This document shows, piece after piece, positions 51,385 to 64,000 of a DNA stretch of 64,000 nucleotides (positions are counted from its first letter, which is position 1; each line of letters opens with the position of its first letter). The stretch comes from Candidatus Poribacteria bacterium (GTDB lineage Bacteria; Poribacteria; WGA-4E; JAJDTR01). Where the stretch lies: positions 1,120,001-1,184,000 of the forward strand of contig CBDCTK010000002.1 in the NCBI GenBank assembly GCA_965222225.1, written 5' to 3'. The notes under the pieces were generated by a model. The model had not been told where the DNA came from. It was given only the letters and a program-made list of their open reading frames with translations, and made no database searches. Position numbers and translations under genes: made by a program.

Positions 51385-54300
51385 TTAGCCTGTTAGATTG
51401 TCATAGACGCACTTCCACTCTCCTTTATCAACGTGATAAATCGCCACAGCGATATCCAAGTGGTCACAAAACCGCACTTCTACCCCAGCTGCCGATTTGC
51501 CCCACGTTGTCTGATGGATGAACCTTGCTACCGAAAACTCGTCGGCAGGACAAACAATGTACCACGGCGTCGATTTCTTGTCCCAGCGATATCCCTCCGC
51601 GATGAGCAAATCTTTGATTTCAACGGTTGGCTTTGAACCACGTCCGTCTTGATTGCACACCCGTATGGTAATATGCTTAGACGTGTCCTCTACTGGCGGA
51701 AAATCTGACCATTCCAACCTAGAGAGTTTTATGTGTTCTTCTAAATCCTCAAGAAATGGTGAAAAGTTGCCGCTCTTGGTCAGAATATACAACTCTTCCA
51801 CGGCGCGAGTCAATGCCACATAAAGGAGACGCCTTTCCTCGTCGGTGACGCCCTCGATGCTGTCGCCAAAAACGCGAGTGAAAATCAAATTTGGGTGTAG
51901 TAACGGATAACACCAATCTATAGCATCAAGCACGATTACAGCATTTTTCTGGCGCCCTTTGCACTTGTGAACCGTCGATATGGTGACTTTTTTCGCGTGT
52001 TCATCTGGAAGCCTAGAGCGTAACGTCGCAAGAAGGCGGTCAATCCCACTCCCGTTTGATGATTTTCCCTTAGTGTCATACTTTACGCTCCAAGGCACAC
52101 TATTCATTCGGCTGAGCAAGACGACATCCTTGCCGTCGCTGATGATTTTACTCACGAGGCGCAATACGGCATTCGTAGAGTAGTCTCCGAGGTTTGTGTT
52201 TTTTTCTTGCGGAGTCGGCGAGAAAGCACTCAAATCAGCAATTACTGCCTTGCCCGCAATCGTCTTGTGAGCCCGTCCAGGCGTACCCCGTTTCTTCATC
52301 AATGCATTCCCGACGTCAACAATCGTGCGGGAGGAACGGTAATTTGTAAGCATATCAAGTCTCCGCGAGTCAGCAAAGATTTCTGAAAAGTTATCGAAAA
52401 AGTGAAGATCGGAACCTGCAAACCCATTAATTGCCTGCTAGTCATCCCCGACACAGAAGAAGCGAGCACCGGGATTTTCCCCCCGGATTGCCTGCATCAG
52501 ACGATAAAAGAGATTCGAAAAATCCTGATATTCATCAATGAGTATGTATCGAAGGCGCTTCAAATCGCCGGATCCAGTTTTACGCCGAAATATGGTTTCG
52601 CCCTTGGCAACCATCTCGGCGGCTTTCTGCACTAGCCCATCAAAATCCTCCTCATCAGTGGTTTCAAGGTATTCTAAATAAGATGCGTAGAACTCCAGTG
52701 CAAGGCTCAAGAAGCTCTCCTCAACATCGCCGTCGCAATGGTGATTGTTTACCATTTCCGAAAGTTGCTCCGGAGTCAGGCTAAGTTTTCGACCGCGTTG
52801 TATAAACCCTTTTGTAACTTCAGTGAAGTCATCTATGGTGCGGTCTTCAATCTGGTTCCATATTTCATCCTCGCTGAGTCGCTCGCAGGAGATTCCGAGG
52901 CGTTCAAGGTGCTGTTTTAATAAAGCATAAAGATCGTCCTCTCCACTTGTTAAATCTGGCAGAGAATAGTCAAGTAGTTCCCAGTTAGGTTCGTTTCGCC
53001 AATAGTTGCGTTTTTCATCCGACATCTCGTCGTAATCGGAAAAACCTTTGAGTCCGAAATACTCAATGATTACCCCTTGGTTGTCACCAGTGGAAATCGT
53101 AAAATCAGGACGGTACGGCCGTCTGTCCCACCAGAAAGTCCGTTCGTATTTGTATTCGATACCGTGTTCAAACAGGAAATTGGCGATAGCTTTCTCGCCA
53201 TCCGATTTCACGTATTGCCCATCAAGGCTTTCCCCTCTCAATGAGCGGCGATAACGCAGCATCTCTTTTGGAGGTCTATCGTACCCGCCGGAAACAATGC
53301 GTTCCCAATCCGGACGAAAGTGCGCCATCATTAAGCCACGAATCCTGTTGTAATCGTTAGGATTGCGAAGATGCTGGCCAATCACGTGCTGTATAGCACG
53401 GCTCTGACTCTGTTCGCCTTCAGGCTCATCAAATAAAATCTTTTCAGGATGAATCATTGCGTAAGCCAGCGCGTGAAACGTCATTACATTAGGCGTAGAT
53501 TCTTGTACGAATGAAGCGATACGTCCTCGCATCTCATCCGCCGCCTTACGATTGAAAGCCAAAAGTAACATCTCGTCAGGCGACACGCCACAGTGGAGTT
53601 GCAGGAACAGCGCCCGATTGACCAGGGTCCCCGTCTTGCCGCTGCCAGCCCGGGCAACCAGCTGAATATTACCTTCGACAGCGCCAATGGCTTCAGCTTG
53701 ATGTCGGTCTGGCTGCTGGTCCAGTTGATTCTCCGCCCAAGATTGCACGAAATTGATTTTTTCAGCCTCGTACTCATCGGGCGATATGCCATAGCTACAC
53801 TGATCTTGATAGAAACTATCCACATGGAGAAAGTCATGCCTGAAATGTTGTCTCAATTTCTTAAGTAAAGTCTGTTTTTCTCTTGCACGGAGTTCCTCCG
53901 CTGCGCGCTGTGTTCCCTTGCTAGCAAGTTCATGCGCTCTTTCAAGCCGCCCAGACACACGAGCCTTTTCGGCATAATCTAGCAATAATTCCGGCGGCAG
54001 TTCAGATAACAGAACATTCAATGCACTATCATTGTCTAGCCGAACTAATATATCGTCAAGATAACCATCATCGTAGGAAATCTCATTAGCGTCCGCCGCT
54101 TCTTTTGCGAACTCACCACACCTCTCATGCCATTGGCGCGCGGACATCTCCTTAATCCAGTTGAACTCCACGGTATGTCGGTCGCACAACTCAAGCAATT
54201 TTGACCAAAGATCCGCATTCGCAATCCTTGGTTTGTTGTTCCCGACGGCTACGATGTCATAACCCCACCCGTTCGCCTCCCAATCTCGGGGCCACTTATC

Positions 54301-54546
54301 TGTCATTGCATCCACTAAATACTTGGAATCAGTGAAGAGTTGTACCGCGCAGAAAGATTTTAGCGCCTCCAAGCCGGCGATAGTGCCCATAACTGTCATC
54401 CGCATGTCTGTTGTAAATCGAAATCCTTGACCGAATACTTTGTGAGAGTCATTATAACACATCACAACACCATAGCCGCCCCGTCCGGGATATTTAGGTG
54501 ATGTACCGGTTCCATTAGCGTATATTGAAACTTCCTTTTTGCTCAT
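51385..54546 (-). pseudogene. RNase HI-like + UvrD/helicase IV-like SF1 helicase with embedded nuclease-like domain; one in-frame TAG at 52438-52440
   Basis: ORFs 52438..54546 and 51385..52353 share a frame and read GDD*QAINGFAGSD across the stop; ARAGSGKT, TFH, DEYQD, NYRS, TVHKCKG, EERRLLYVALTRA. Confidence 0.85.
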
Positions 54547-54889
54547 TCCGTCCGCCTGCTAAATACTTAACGTGATGACACCGGAAAGCCTGAGAAATCA
54601 TAACACAATAACTCATTAAACTATGCACCTTCGTATTGAGGACTCAAAGCTATGCATTCTGATAATTCGTCAACGACAAACACAATCCCCAAGCTAAGAA
54701 CCGCGCAATTTACGTCTGAAATGTGAAACTTCTGTCGTAAGGCGTACAGTATAGCACCACTTAATTTCCGAGTCAATGTGGATTAGCGATTCGATGGAAT
54801 TGTGGCTTAGTTTCAAGATCATTACGCTAGTTGATAGTCGGATAAATACCTAAGAAGGTCAACTTTTTGGGAATTGTTAAAAAATTTAC

Positions 54890-54919
54890 TTGACACACGC
54901 GCCAGATGTTCTATATAAT
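54890..54919 (+). promoter_or_regulatory. Consensus sigma70 promoter for rpoB
   Basis: TTGACA-18 nt-TATAAT with an A-rich upstream tract. Confidence 0.75.
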
Positions 54920-55044
54920 ATCCTGTTGTGCCTACTTTAGGGTTAATCTATGATCGCCATCAATGTTGCCCCTCAACTCCCCTCCGCCGCACAGTAACTT
55001 TAAAAGTGCAACGTGTGCCCCAAATAAGGTAAACGGTGTAAAGT

Positions 55045-58000
55045 ATGCCCCATGCAGTCAACTTTGGGAAACGTGAACGACTCTCCTTTGCGAAATCACC
55101 AGAAATCATGAATCTCCCGAATTTGATTGAGATTCAGAAATTATCCTACCACGAGTTTCTCCAAGCAGACGTAGACGACGATAAACGCAAAGATGAAAGT
55201 TTACAAGCTGTATTCAACGAGATTTTCCCAATCACTGACTTTTCAGAAACCTCAAGTCTCGAATTTGTAAGCTACTCCCTCGGCAGCCCAAAATACGACA
55301 TCAACGAGTGTCAATATCGCGGATTTACCTACGGTGTGCCGTTAAAGATTCGCCTTCAGCTCATATTGCGCGAGAAGGACAAAGACACCGGGGACAAACA
55401 CGTTATTGATATTAAGGAGTCCGATGTCTACATGGGCGAAATACCGTTGATGACAGAGAAGGGTACTTTCTTCATCAATGGGGCGGAACGGGTCATTGTA
55501 AGCCAACTCCATCGCTCTCCCGGTGCTACTTTTAACGAAGCAATTCACACGAGCGGGCACAAACTTTTTGTCGCCAAGATTGTTCCGTACCGCGGCGCTT
55601 GGATTGAGTTTGAATACGACATCAAAGACCATATCTACGTGCGGATAGACCGTCGGAAAAAGATGCTTGTCACTATTTTGCTTCGAGCATTGGGTTGGGA
55701 GACCGATGAGCAGATTCTCAAATTATTTGCCAAGACCGAACTAGCATCGCTCAAGAGCAAAAGAGTATCGCGCAAGGACAGTGTAGCGTTGCCAAAAGCC
55801 GAAGAGATAGTCTTGATTGATGATATCGCCGATTTGGAAAAGCTTGAGGGCCGAATTCTCGTTGACCCCGTCATCGATCCCAGCACCGAAGATGTACTGC
55901 TTGAAGCCTACATTGAACTGACTAAGAGAAATTTGAGTGCGGCCCAACAGGCTGAGAAGGCTGAGATAAAAAAATTAAGAGTGCTGAGTCCTGAAGCTTC
56001 AGACTTCTTGAAAGCACTTGAAGGTCGAATTCTTTTTGACCCTGTAAACCATCCTAGCACCGATAAACTGTTACTTAAAGCCGATACTAAGCTGACTATA
56101 GCAAAGTTAATGGAACTCGTGCGGGTTGATATTGAAAGTATCAACGTTCGCCATGAGGAGCCTGTGGTAACACTTGAAGGCAGAGTTCTTGTTACTCCCG
56201 TCATCGATTCTAGTTCCGGGGAAGTGTTGCTTGAAGCCAATATAGACCTGACAGAAAAAGAACTCGCGACACTCCAAGAAGCCGGTGTTGAAAGCATTGA
56301 GGTACTGAATGAAGAAGATGCCCGAAGGATTCAGTTTCTGCGAAACACACTAAAGCGCGACGTTCAATCCGATTATAAAGAAGGGCACATCCAGGATCAA
56401 GCGCTAGTCGATATTTTTCGTAGGATTCAACCTGGCGATCCCCCAACTCTGGACAGCGCACGTAGCCGTTTCGAGAAGTTGATCTTCGACCCCGCCCGAT
56501 ACGATCTTTCCCGTGTGGGCCGCTACAAACTTAATGAAAAACTTGGAGAGCTTTCCATCTACCAAAATGGCACGCCTGATGACTCGTCCGATTCAAATGA
56601 GCTTCCGGACGAAAGTGTCCGCATTCTGCGGCGGGAAGACATCGCTGCTACGCTTGAATATTTGATGCATGTTCAAGACAACAATGGCGAGATGGATGAC
56701 ATCGACCACTTGGGAAATCGTCGGGTGCGAGCCATTGGTGAACTTCTTCAAAACCAAATACGCACAGGGCTGATTCGAGTTGTTCGCGCTACCCGAGAAC
56801 GGATGACGGCTCAAGAACTAGAGAGTGCCACACCGCCGGATCTCATAAATCCAAAACCGTTGACCGGAGCGATTAAAGACTTTTTCGGGTCCAGTCAGTT
56901 GTCCCAGTTCATGCAGCAAACCAATCCGATTGACGAGCTGACTCACAAGCGACGCCTTAGTGCACTTGGTCCTGGCGGGCTGCACCGTGAACGAGCCACG
57001 TTTGAAGTCCGCGATGTGCACCGTACGCATTATGGTCGTGTGTGTCCGATTGAAACGCCTGAAGGCCCCTCCGTGGGCTTGATTGTCTCGCTCTCCACAT
57101 ACGCTCGCGTAAATGAATACGGGTTTTTGGAGACGCCTTACCGGAAAGTAAAGGACGGCGTCGCAACCGGTGAAGTTACACACATGACAGCGGATAAAGA
57201 AGACGCGTTCGTCATCGCACAGGCAAACACAAAACTCAATCCGAACGGTAAGATAATCGAGAATCAGGTTTCCACTCGTTTCAAAGGAGATTTCCCGCGA
57301 AAGGCGCCAAAGGAAGTCGATTACCTTGATGTCTCCTCAAAACAGATTGTCGGTGTCTCTGCGTCACTGATTCCGTTCCTTGAACACGACGATGCCAATC
57401 GCGCTCTTATGGGAGCGAATCAGCAGCGTCAAGCAGTGCCCTTGGTGCGTCCACAGGCACCCTTGGTCGGAACAGGTATGGAATACAGAGCCGCTCGCGA
57501 CTCCGGCGCTGTAGTGCTCGCAAAACGCGGCGGTGTCGTTGAGAGTATCTCCGCCGCCGAAATTATTGTCCGCACCGATGATGCTTTCCGCGTTGACGGC
57601 GGCGAACAGTCCTTCTCTGAAATGGGCTACGATGTTTACCATCTGACAAACTTCAAGCGATCTAATAACGGCACTTGCATCCATCAGGTTCCGTGCGTTG
57701 CAGTAGGCGATCATGTTGAATCCGAGCAAGTAATCGCTGATGGCACTGCCACTGACAATGGTGAGCTTGCCCTAGGTAACAACGTTTTGGTGGCGTTTAT
57801 GCCTTGGGAAGGATATAACTTTGAAGACGCTCTTCTCATCAGCGAGTCTTTGGTGTCAGATGATACATTCACTTCCATCCACATTGATGAATTTGACGTG
57901 GAAGCGCGCGACACGAAGATGGGACGCGAGGAAATTACTCGCGATATACCTAACCTTTCGGAAGAAGCTCTCAATCAGCTTGACGACGAGGGCATAATTC

Positions 58001-59361
58001 GTGTCGGTTCGATTGTCCGACCGGGGAGTATCCTTGTGGGAAAGGTGACACCAAAGGGTGAAAGCGATTTGGGCCCCGAGGAAAAGTTGCTCCGAGCTAT
58101 TTTCGGTGAAAAAGTTGGCGAAGTGCGCGATGCATCTACGTATGCCAAACCGGGAGTAGAAGGTGTGGTCATTGACGTTAAAGTGTTCTCCCGGAAAGAA
58201 CGCGAGCATGACAGACAGACCGAGTTGCGTGAGATCGCCAAGGAGAAAACCGTTGACAAGGCTTGGCGGGAAAAGTGCGAACTTATCAATCGAAGACGAA
58301 ACGAAGAGATTCAACACGCTTTACTTGGCAAACAGTTGGCACAGTCGGTCTCCACAGCCACCATTCAATTAGCGGCAGAGGGTGATATCGTCACTGAAGC
58401 GCTGCTTGAAAACGACATCCCGCTCGATTCGATCGTAGTCGATAATGCCGGCGCAATGGATCGTATTACACGTATCCAACAACTTGCCGATGGACGCATT
58501 CAAGAGTGCACTACTGAGAAGGAGGCGGAGTTAGAAAAGATTCGGAAAGGCGATGAACTCAAACCGGGAGTAATCAAGTTGGTTAAGGTTTACGTTGCCA
58601 ACCGTCGGAAGATCTCCGTTGGAGATAAGATGGCGGGACGACATGGCAACAAGGGAGTCGTTGCCAAGATTCTCCCTCAAGAGGATATGCCTTACCTTGA
58701 GGATGGCACGCCGGTAGGTATCGTCCTGAACCCGTTAGGTGTCCCTTCCCGAATGAACGTTGGACAGATCCTGGAAACCCATCTTGGCTGGGCAGCTAAA
58801 GCATTGGGACTTCATATTGCCACGCCAGTTTTTGACGGTGCTACGGAATCAGAAATTTCCGAACTGCTCGAAAAGGCGAATCTACCGAAATCTGGCAAAG
58901 CCATGCTCTACGATGGACGGACGGGGAGGTCTTTCGCACAGAAAGCTACAGTTGGCTATATCTACATATTGAAACTCAATCATCTCGTTGATGACAAGAT
59001 TCATGCGCGGAGCACAGGCCCCTACTCCTTGGTGACTCAACAACCGCTCGGTGGAAAAGCCCAACAAGGCGGACAACGATTTGGAGAGATGGAAGTCTGG
59101 GCACTTGAGGCCTACGGTGCAGCTTATACGCTCCAGGAGTTGTTGACAATTAAATCGGACGATGTGACGGGTCGAAGTAAGATTTACGAGTCAATCGTCA
59201 AAGGGGAAAATGCACCAAGCCCGGGAACCCCGGAGTCGTTTAACGTCCTTATCAAAGAACTACAGAGTTTGGGGCTTGACGTAAATCTTGAACAACGTGA
59301 TACACAACCTGATGAAATAGGCTCTTCTTCTTCAATGCCGTGGCCAGAAAGTCGCGAGTGA
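55045..59361 (+). CDS. rpoB: RNA polymerase subunit beta
   Basis: [71 protein letters not shown]. Confidence 0.99.
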   Translation: MPHAVNFGKRERLSFAKSPEIMNLPNLIEIQKLSYHEFLQADVDDDKRKDESLQAVFNEIFPITDFSETSSLEFVSYSLGSPKYDINECQYRGFTYGVPLKIRLQLILREKDKDTGDKHVIDIKESDVYMGEIPLMTEKGTFFINGAERVIVSQLHRSPGATFNEAIHTSGHKLFVAKIVPYRGAWIEFEYDIKDHIYVRIDRRKKMLVTILLRALGWETDEQILKLFAKTELASLKSKRVSRKDSVALPKAEEIVLIDDIADLEKLEGRILVDPVIDPSTEDVLLEAYIELTKRNLSAAQQAEKAEIKKLRVLSPEASDFLKALEGRILFDPVNHPSTDKLLLKADTKLTIAKLMELVRVDIESINVRHEEPVVTLEGRVLVTPVIDSSSGEVLLEANIDLTEKELATLQEAGVESIEVLNEEDARRIQFLRNTLKRDVQSDYKEGHIQDQALVDIFRRIQPGDPPTLDSARSRFEKLIFDPARYDLSRVGRYKLNEKLGELSIYQNGTPDDSSDSNELPDESVRILRREDIAATLEYLMHVQDNNGEMDDIDHLGNRRVRAIGELLQNQIRTGLIRVVRATRERMTAQELESATPPDLINPKPLTGAIKDFFGSSQLSQFMQQTNPIDELTHKRRLSALGPGGLHRERATFEVRDVHRTHYGRVCPIETPEGPSVGLIVSLSTYARVNEYGFLETPYRKVKDGVATGEVTHMTADKEDAFVIAQANTKLNPNGKIIENQVSTRFKGDFPRKAPKEVDYLDVSSKQIVGVSASLIPFLEHDDANRALMGANQQRQAVPLVRPQAPLVGTGMEYRAARDSGAVVLAKRGGVVESISAAEIIVRTDDAFRVDGGEQSFSEMGYDVYHLTNFKRSNNGTCIHQVPCVAVGDHVESEQVIADGTATDNGELALGNNVLVAFMPWEGYNFEDALLISESLVSDDTFTSIHIDEFDVEARDTKMGREEITRDIPNLSEEALNQLDDEGIIRVGSIVRPGSILVGKVTPKGESDLGPEEKLLRAIFGEKVGEVRDASTYAKPGVEGVVIDVKVFSRKEREHDRQTELREIAKEKTVDKAWREKCELINRRRNEEIQHALLGKQLAQSVSTATIQLAAEGDIVTEALLENDIPLDSIVVDNAGAMDRITRIQQLADGRIQECTTEKEAELEKIRKGDELKPGVIKLVKVYVANRRKISVGDKMAGRHGNKGVVAKILPQEDMPYLEDGTPVGIVLNPLGVPSRMNVGQILETHLGWAAKALGLHIATPVFDGATESEISELLEKANLPKSGKAMLYDGRTGRSFAQKATVGYIYILKLNHLVDDKIHARSTGPYSLVTQQPLGGKAQQGGQRFGEMEVWALEAYGAAYTLQELLTIKSDDVTGRSKIYESIVKGENAPSPGTPESFNVLIKELQSLGLDVNLEQRDTQPDEIGSSSSMPWPESRE

Positions 59362-59909
59362 CAGTTTTGCCATGCTTGACGGCTTGTTTGTTACTACACT
59401 TGAAGTCAAATCCAACCGAAGCAGGATTGCCGTCTAATCACATGGGACTATCCAATAACAAGCAATCCTACGATATTGGCACGACGCGTTTTTGCCCTCG
59501 TATCCGCTTTGCATCAATATTTTGGATTTAATCTGACAGCTAACCTTTCGAAGGAAGAAATCGATTGGTCAGAGTATACGCATATTGATGGCTGTAAAGT
59601 AGTCCTAAGGCTTTCGTTTTTGTCAGCGTGTAAGGTTAGAAGTAGATATACTTTCATTCGAGAACCTAGTCTATTGGTTGCAGCATTCACGAAATACGAC
59701 GACATTGGGAGATTGTTCTCTATCTTAAAGCGGTTTCATCTTTTCAAGTCTTAAGGTTGAGAAAGAGTCAAATCAATCTCCTCATGCAGAAGAACCACCC
59801 ATATGACTATTATGACTATATTGATAGGCGTAACGAGGTTTAGCGATACCCAGTAAACAGGGAGGCGGAAATAATCGCCTCATTTTCCACACATTTAAGG
59901 AGAATTGCC

Positions 59910-62900
59910 TTGTCAGCGAATCTAAACAACTTCGACGTAATATCAATACGGATTGCATCACCAGAGCGGATAATAAGTTGGGCAAAACAAACTTCGTGCA
60001 AACGGCGAAGTAACGGTATATGGCCCTGTCCGATGATGAACGAATGTTCCTGTGCTGAAGTTCGTAAACCTGAAACCATAAATTACCGAACATTTCGTCC
60101 TGAACGCGATGGGTTATTCTGTGAAGCGATTTTCGGCCCTCAGAAAGATTGGGAATGTGCATGCGGGAAATATAAACGCATTAAGCATAAAGGCACGATT
60201 TGCGATCGATGTGGTGTGGAGGTGACACATCAACGCGTACGTCGAGAACGGATGGGATACATCCAACTTGCTGCACCCGTGTCTCACGTTTGGTTTTTCA
60301 AGGGGATTCCGTCTCGACTTGGGCTTTTCTTAGACTTGTCGTCGCGAGATGTTGAGCGCATTCTCTATTTTGAAGCTTTCATAGTCTTGGAAGTCTCCGA
60401 TCCGAATTGTCCATTGAAAGTCAAGCAGTTGTTAACGGAAGAAGAGTACAATGAACACCTTTCACAATTTCCCGACGGTTTTCGTGTAGGAATGGGTGCC
60501 GCGGCGGTTCACGAGTTATTGTCACATATTGATTTGGATAAGGAAATTGAAACTTTACGTGTCGAACTTGAGGAAACCGGCAGCAAGCAAAAGGCAAAGA
60601 AACTAGCAAAACGACTCAAGCTGGTATTGGGATTCAAGAAGTCCGGAAATAAACCGGAATGGATGATTCTGTCGGTTATTCCCGTTATTCCTCCCGATCT
60701 TCGGCCACTGGTTGCGCTTGATGGTGGACGTTTCGCTACCAGTGACCTTAACGACCTGTATCGGCGGGTAATTAACCGAAACAATCGGCTCAAACGCTTG
60801 ACTGAACTACGTGCCCCTGATGTCATTATCCGTAATGAGAAACGGATGTTACAAGAAGCTGTTGACGCCTTATTGGACAACGGCAGGCATGGTCGGATAG
60901 TGCGCGGTCCCGGAAATCGTCCGCTCAAGTCGCTGGCAGATATGCTGAAGGGAAAGACTGGTCGTTTCCGACAAAACTTATTGGGCAAGCGCGTCGATTA
61001 TTCTGGACGCAGCGTTGTTGTGGTAGGTCCCGACCTTCAACTTCATCAGTGTGGCTTGCCGAAAGAGATGGCTCTCGAACTGTTCAAACCCTTCATAATC
61101 CGGAAACTCCAAGAAAAAGATTATGCGCACACCATCAAACGGGCGAAGCATATGACAGATCAAATCTCGCCAGAGGTGTGGGAGGTACTTGAGGAAGTGA
61201 TTGACGAACACTTGGTGATGCTTAATCGGGCACCAACTCTCCACCGTCTCGGGATACAGGCATTCCAGCCTATTTTGGTCGAAGGAAAGGCTATTCGCGT
61301 ACATCCGCTCGTTTGTAAAGCATTCAACGCGGATTTCGATGGCGACCAGATGGCAGTGCACGTCCCGCTGTCAGTAGAATCACAAATTGAAGCAAAACTA
61401 CTTATGATGGCGCCCCGTAACATTCTGAAACCCGCACATGGGGGCGCAATTGCCGTTCCTGAACTTGATATGGTACTTGGCTGTAGTTTCTTGACCAAAT
61501 CTATTCCCGATTCTAATCGGGACAATCAAGAACTACGCCATTACCGAGATTTCGATGAGGTCATTATGGCGCACGAATGCGATAGACTAGGCCTACACGA
61601 TTCCATTCTATTGCATCTCGATAGTGTTACCAAACCCATTGAGACAACAGTTGGGCGCGTTATTTTCAATCAAGTTATCCCTGATGAACTCGAGTTTACT
61701 GATTTGAAAACAGAGCAGCGGATCCATTTCATCAATCAAGAGGTGCGATCCAAAGACCTCTCTCGACTCGTCTCCCGGTGTTTCAATGAACTTGGAAATA
61801 GCCGAACAGTTGAATTCCTTGATGAGCTGAAGCGAATTGCCTTCCATTACGCTACCTTCTCCGGTCTCTCAATTGGCATGGAAGATATGATTATCCCCGA
61901 GGCAAAGGAGACATTAATCGCCGAGGCGAGGAAAAAAGTGGATGCAATCGAGAAGGAATACCGGCGCGGTGGGATGAGTGAAGGAGAGCGATATAATCAA
62001 GTTATTGACGTGTGGCATCAATTGATTCAATCGGTTGAAGCGGCGTTGTTTGATTCCTTGGAAGAAGGGCGCGAGGATGAAATTAGAGGGTTCAATCCCG
62101 TGCACGTCATGGCGGACAGTGGGGCGCGCTCTAAGAAAGAACCGATTCGTCAGATTAGCGGCATGCGCGGTTTGATGACAAAACCGAGCGGCGCAATTAT
62201 CGAACAACCAATTGAATCGTGTTTCCGTGAAGGCCTTAGCGTGCTTGAATACTTCATCTCAACACACGGGGCACGTAAAGGACTAGCTGATACAGCAATC
62301 AAGACAGCTTCTTCCGGCTACCTCACACGCAAGCTAGTCGATGTTGCTCAGGATGTCATGATAACAATGAAGGACTGTGGCACATTGAACGGTATCACGA
62401 AAATCGCGGGAGAAACAGAGGATGACACACTCGCCGAGCGAATCCATAGTAGAACTGCGGCTGATCAGCGAAACTTAAATAATCAGCAATCAGAAGATAT
62501 TATCAATCCAAACGATGGCTCCGTAATTGTCGCCAGAGATGGTCTGATTAACCCATCAACTGGTGAGAAGATTGAAGCGGTAGGAATTACAGAGGTCCGC
62601 GTACGATCGGCGCTGACGTGTGAGGCCCCTCATGGGATATGCTCCACATGTTATGGCGCTGATTTGACAACGGGGGGGGTCATTGATATCGGTGAGGCCG
62701 TTGGCATAATTGGCGCCCAGTCAATTGGAGAACCGGGAACGCAGTTGACAATGCGCACCTTCCACACGGGTGGTACCGTAACAGCCGGTGATTTTCAATT
62801 TCAATCCCGGATTGAAGCTCGGCACGATGGTCGCGCTAAATATGAGAAAATTGGGGTTACAGAGCGCAAGGCGCCCGATTCCGAGATCACAGAGAGGGTT

Positions 62901-64000
62901 GTGCTCTCTCGCAATGGACAGTTGCTAATTGTTGATGAAAATGAGAGAGTAGTTGAACGCCATCAAGTGCCGATTGGAGCAACGCTTTCCGTCGAAAACG
63001 GTGCGAGAGTGACTAAGGGCAATCCGGAAACGGATGATTCGCCGCCCACCCTTTTGCTTGAACGGGATCCGTATCGTGTGCCGATCTTGACGGAACACAA
63101 TGGAACTGTTCTGTTTAAAGACATTATTGAAGGACATACCGTTCAAGAAGAAAAAGCGTCGGGGCTTGCTGAGCGGGTAATTGTAGAATACAAAGGCGAC
63201 TATCAACCTCGAATGGAAATTCAAACACCTAGCGGCGAAGTGCTGGCGAGTTATTTGATGCCGACAGGTGCTCACTTATCCGTTGCCGACGGTGAAGCGG
63301 TTGAAGCTGGAATCGTATTGGCAAGATTGCCAGAAAAAAGCGCAACCAGCCAAGATATTGTGACCGGGTTGCCCCGCGTAACGGAGCTTCTTGAAGCCCG
63401 AAGGCCCAAGGATAGAGCAGTCATGGCCGAAATCGAGGGATATGTGGAGTTTGACCGTATTTCTAGAGGGATGCGCCAACTTCGTATCAAACATGGCGAG
63501 GAATCAAGTGCACTGTATAGAATTCCCATTGGTAAGCACCTCGTCGTGCATGAAAATGATTGGGTAGACGCTGGTGACCGCCTGACGGATGGTTTTCTTG
63601 ACCCACACGATATCTTGAAGATTAAGGGTGAGGAAGAAGTCCAATCCTATCTAGTTAATGAAGTTCAGGATGTCTATCGTAGCCAAGGTGAACACATTAA
63701 CGACAAGCATATTGAGGTGATTGTCCGCCAAATGCTGAAAAAGGTAAAAATTCTCGCGGCAGGAGATACCGAGTTCCTTGAGGAAGATGAAGTGGATCGA
63801 TCAGTTTTCCATCGGATCAATCGTCGAGTTGAAGAAGATGGGGGACAGCAAGCCATTGCCGACCCGATATTGCAAGGCGTTACAAAGGCGTCGTTAAGTA
63901 CAGAAAGTTACATCTCGGCTGCATCATTCCAGCAGACAACAAATGTGTTGACCAAAGCCTCGGTCGTTGGACAAAAGGACTATCTAAAAGGTTTGAAGGA
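59910..64000 (+). CDS. rpoC: RNA polymerase subunit beta' (partial, runs off the window; absent from the ORF track)
   Basis: TTG start after AAGGAG; [16 protein letters not shown]...[51 protein letters not shown]; start and end are in the same frame. Confidence 0.98.
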   Translation, partial: MSANLNNFDVISIRIASPERIISWAKQTSCKRRSNGIWPCPMMNECSCAEVRKPETINYRTFRPERDGLFCEAIFGPQKDWECACGKYKRIKHKGTICDRCGVEVTHQRVRRERMGYIQLAAPVSHVWFFKGIPSRLGLFLDLSSRDVERILYFEAFIVLEVSDPNCPLKVKQLLTEEEYNEHLSQFPDGFRVGMGAAAVHELLSHIDLDKEIETLRVELEETGSKQKAKKLAKRLKLVLGFKKSGNKPEWMILSVIPVIPPDLRPLVALDGGRFATSDLNDLYRRVINRNNRLKRLTELRAPDVIIRNEKRMLQEAVDALLDNGRHGRIVRGPGNRPLKSLADMLKGKTGRFRQNLLGKRVDYSGRSVVVVGPDLQLHQCGLPKEMALELFKPFIIRKLQEKDYAHTIKRAKHMTDQISPEVWEVLEEVIDEHLVMLNRAPTLHRLGIQAFQPILVEGKAIRVHPLVCKAFNADFDGDQMAVHVPLSVESQIEAKLLMMAPRNILKPAHGGAIAVPELDMVLGCSFLTKSIPDSNRDNQELRHYRDFDEVIMAHECDRLGLHDSILLHLDSVTKPIETTVGRVIFNQVIPDELEFTDLKTEQRIHFINQEVRSKDLSRLVSRCFNELGNSRTVEFLDELKRIAFHYATFSGLSIGMEDMIIPEAKETLIAEARKKVDAIEKEYRRGGMSEGERYNQVIDVWHQLIQSVEAALFDSLEEGREDEIRGFNPVHVMADSGARSKKEPIRQISGMRGLMTKPSGAIIEQPIESCFREGLSVLEYFISTHGARKGLADTAIKTASSGYLTRKLVDVAQDVMITMKDCGTLNGITKIAGETEDDTLAERIHSRTAADQRNLNNQQSEDIINPNDGSVIVARDGLINPSTGEKIEAVGITEVRVRSALTCEAPHGICSTCYGADLTTGGVIDIGEAVGIIGAQSIGEPGTQLTMRTFHTGGTVTAGDFQFQSRIEARHDGRAKYEKIGVTERKAPDSEITERVVLSRNGQLLIVDENERVVERHQVPIGATLSVENGARVTKGNPETDDSPPTLLLERDPYRVPILTEHNGTVLFKDIIEGHTVQEEKASGLAERVIVEYKGDYQPRMEIQTPSGEVLASYLMPTGAHLSVADGEAVEAGIVLARLPEKSATSQDIVTGLPRVTELLEARRPKDRAVMAEIEGYVEFDRISRGMRQLRIKHGEESSALYRIPIGKHLVVHENDWVDAGDRLTDGFLDPHDILKIKGEEEVQSYLVNEVQDVYRSQGEHINDKHIEVIVRQMLKKVKILAAGDTEFLEEDEVDRSVFHRINRRVEEDGGQQAIADPILQGVTKASLSTESYISAASFQQTTNVLTKASVVGQKDYLKGLK

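Noticed and set aside
15267-54546. Genome-wide TAG recoding suggested by two in-frame amber codons
   Set aside because: TAG ends several clearly full-length genes (SDR, xylA-like, ALS-like, CocE), and long core genes such as secA and rpoB have no internal TAG.
59476-59754. 92-aa ORF between rpoB and rpoC
   Set aside because: TTG start without a clear RBS and no recognisable motifs; cannot be supported as a gene.
59782-63856. Numerous minus-strand ORFs in the track
   Set aside because: Antisense shadows of rpoC, which occupies the plus strand from 59910.

Overview
Bacterial chromosomal segment (gene content such as PhyH dioxygenase, several ThDP enzymes, CocE/NonD, Gfo/Idh/MocA and vWA proteins suggests a Candidatus Poribacteria-like organism; this is inference only). 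It mixes housekeeping genes (nadA, rqcH/NFACT, secA, two sppA, rpoB, and rpoC running off the right edge), catabolic enzymes and a surface-polysaccharide cluster. I recognised no rRNA, tRNA or CRISPR array. Most notable: (1) a DarTG1-type locus in which the DarT1 toxin is fused to a NADAR antitoxin domain split by an in-frame TAG, followed by a second intact NADAR; (2) a fusion of a catalytically dead RNase HI domain to a UvrD/helicase IV-like helicase with an embedded nuclease-like domain, also split by one in-frame TAG; (3) a 280-bp non-coding element with 18-bp terminal inverted repeats and a perfect 20-bp target duplication; (4) a 1000-bp IS982-family element with a 35-bp insert, sitting inside a methyltransferase pseudogene; (5) RNA polymerase oddities: a four-Cys insert at the beta' N-terminus, a triplicated module in beta, a 548-bp rpoB-rpoC spacer, and a sigma70 factor with a recent 252-bp tandem duplication. 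All calls were made by eye from the sequence and remembered family motifs; no searches were run.
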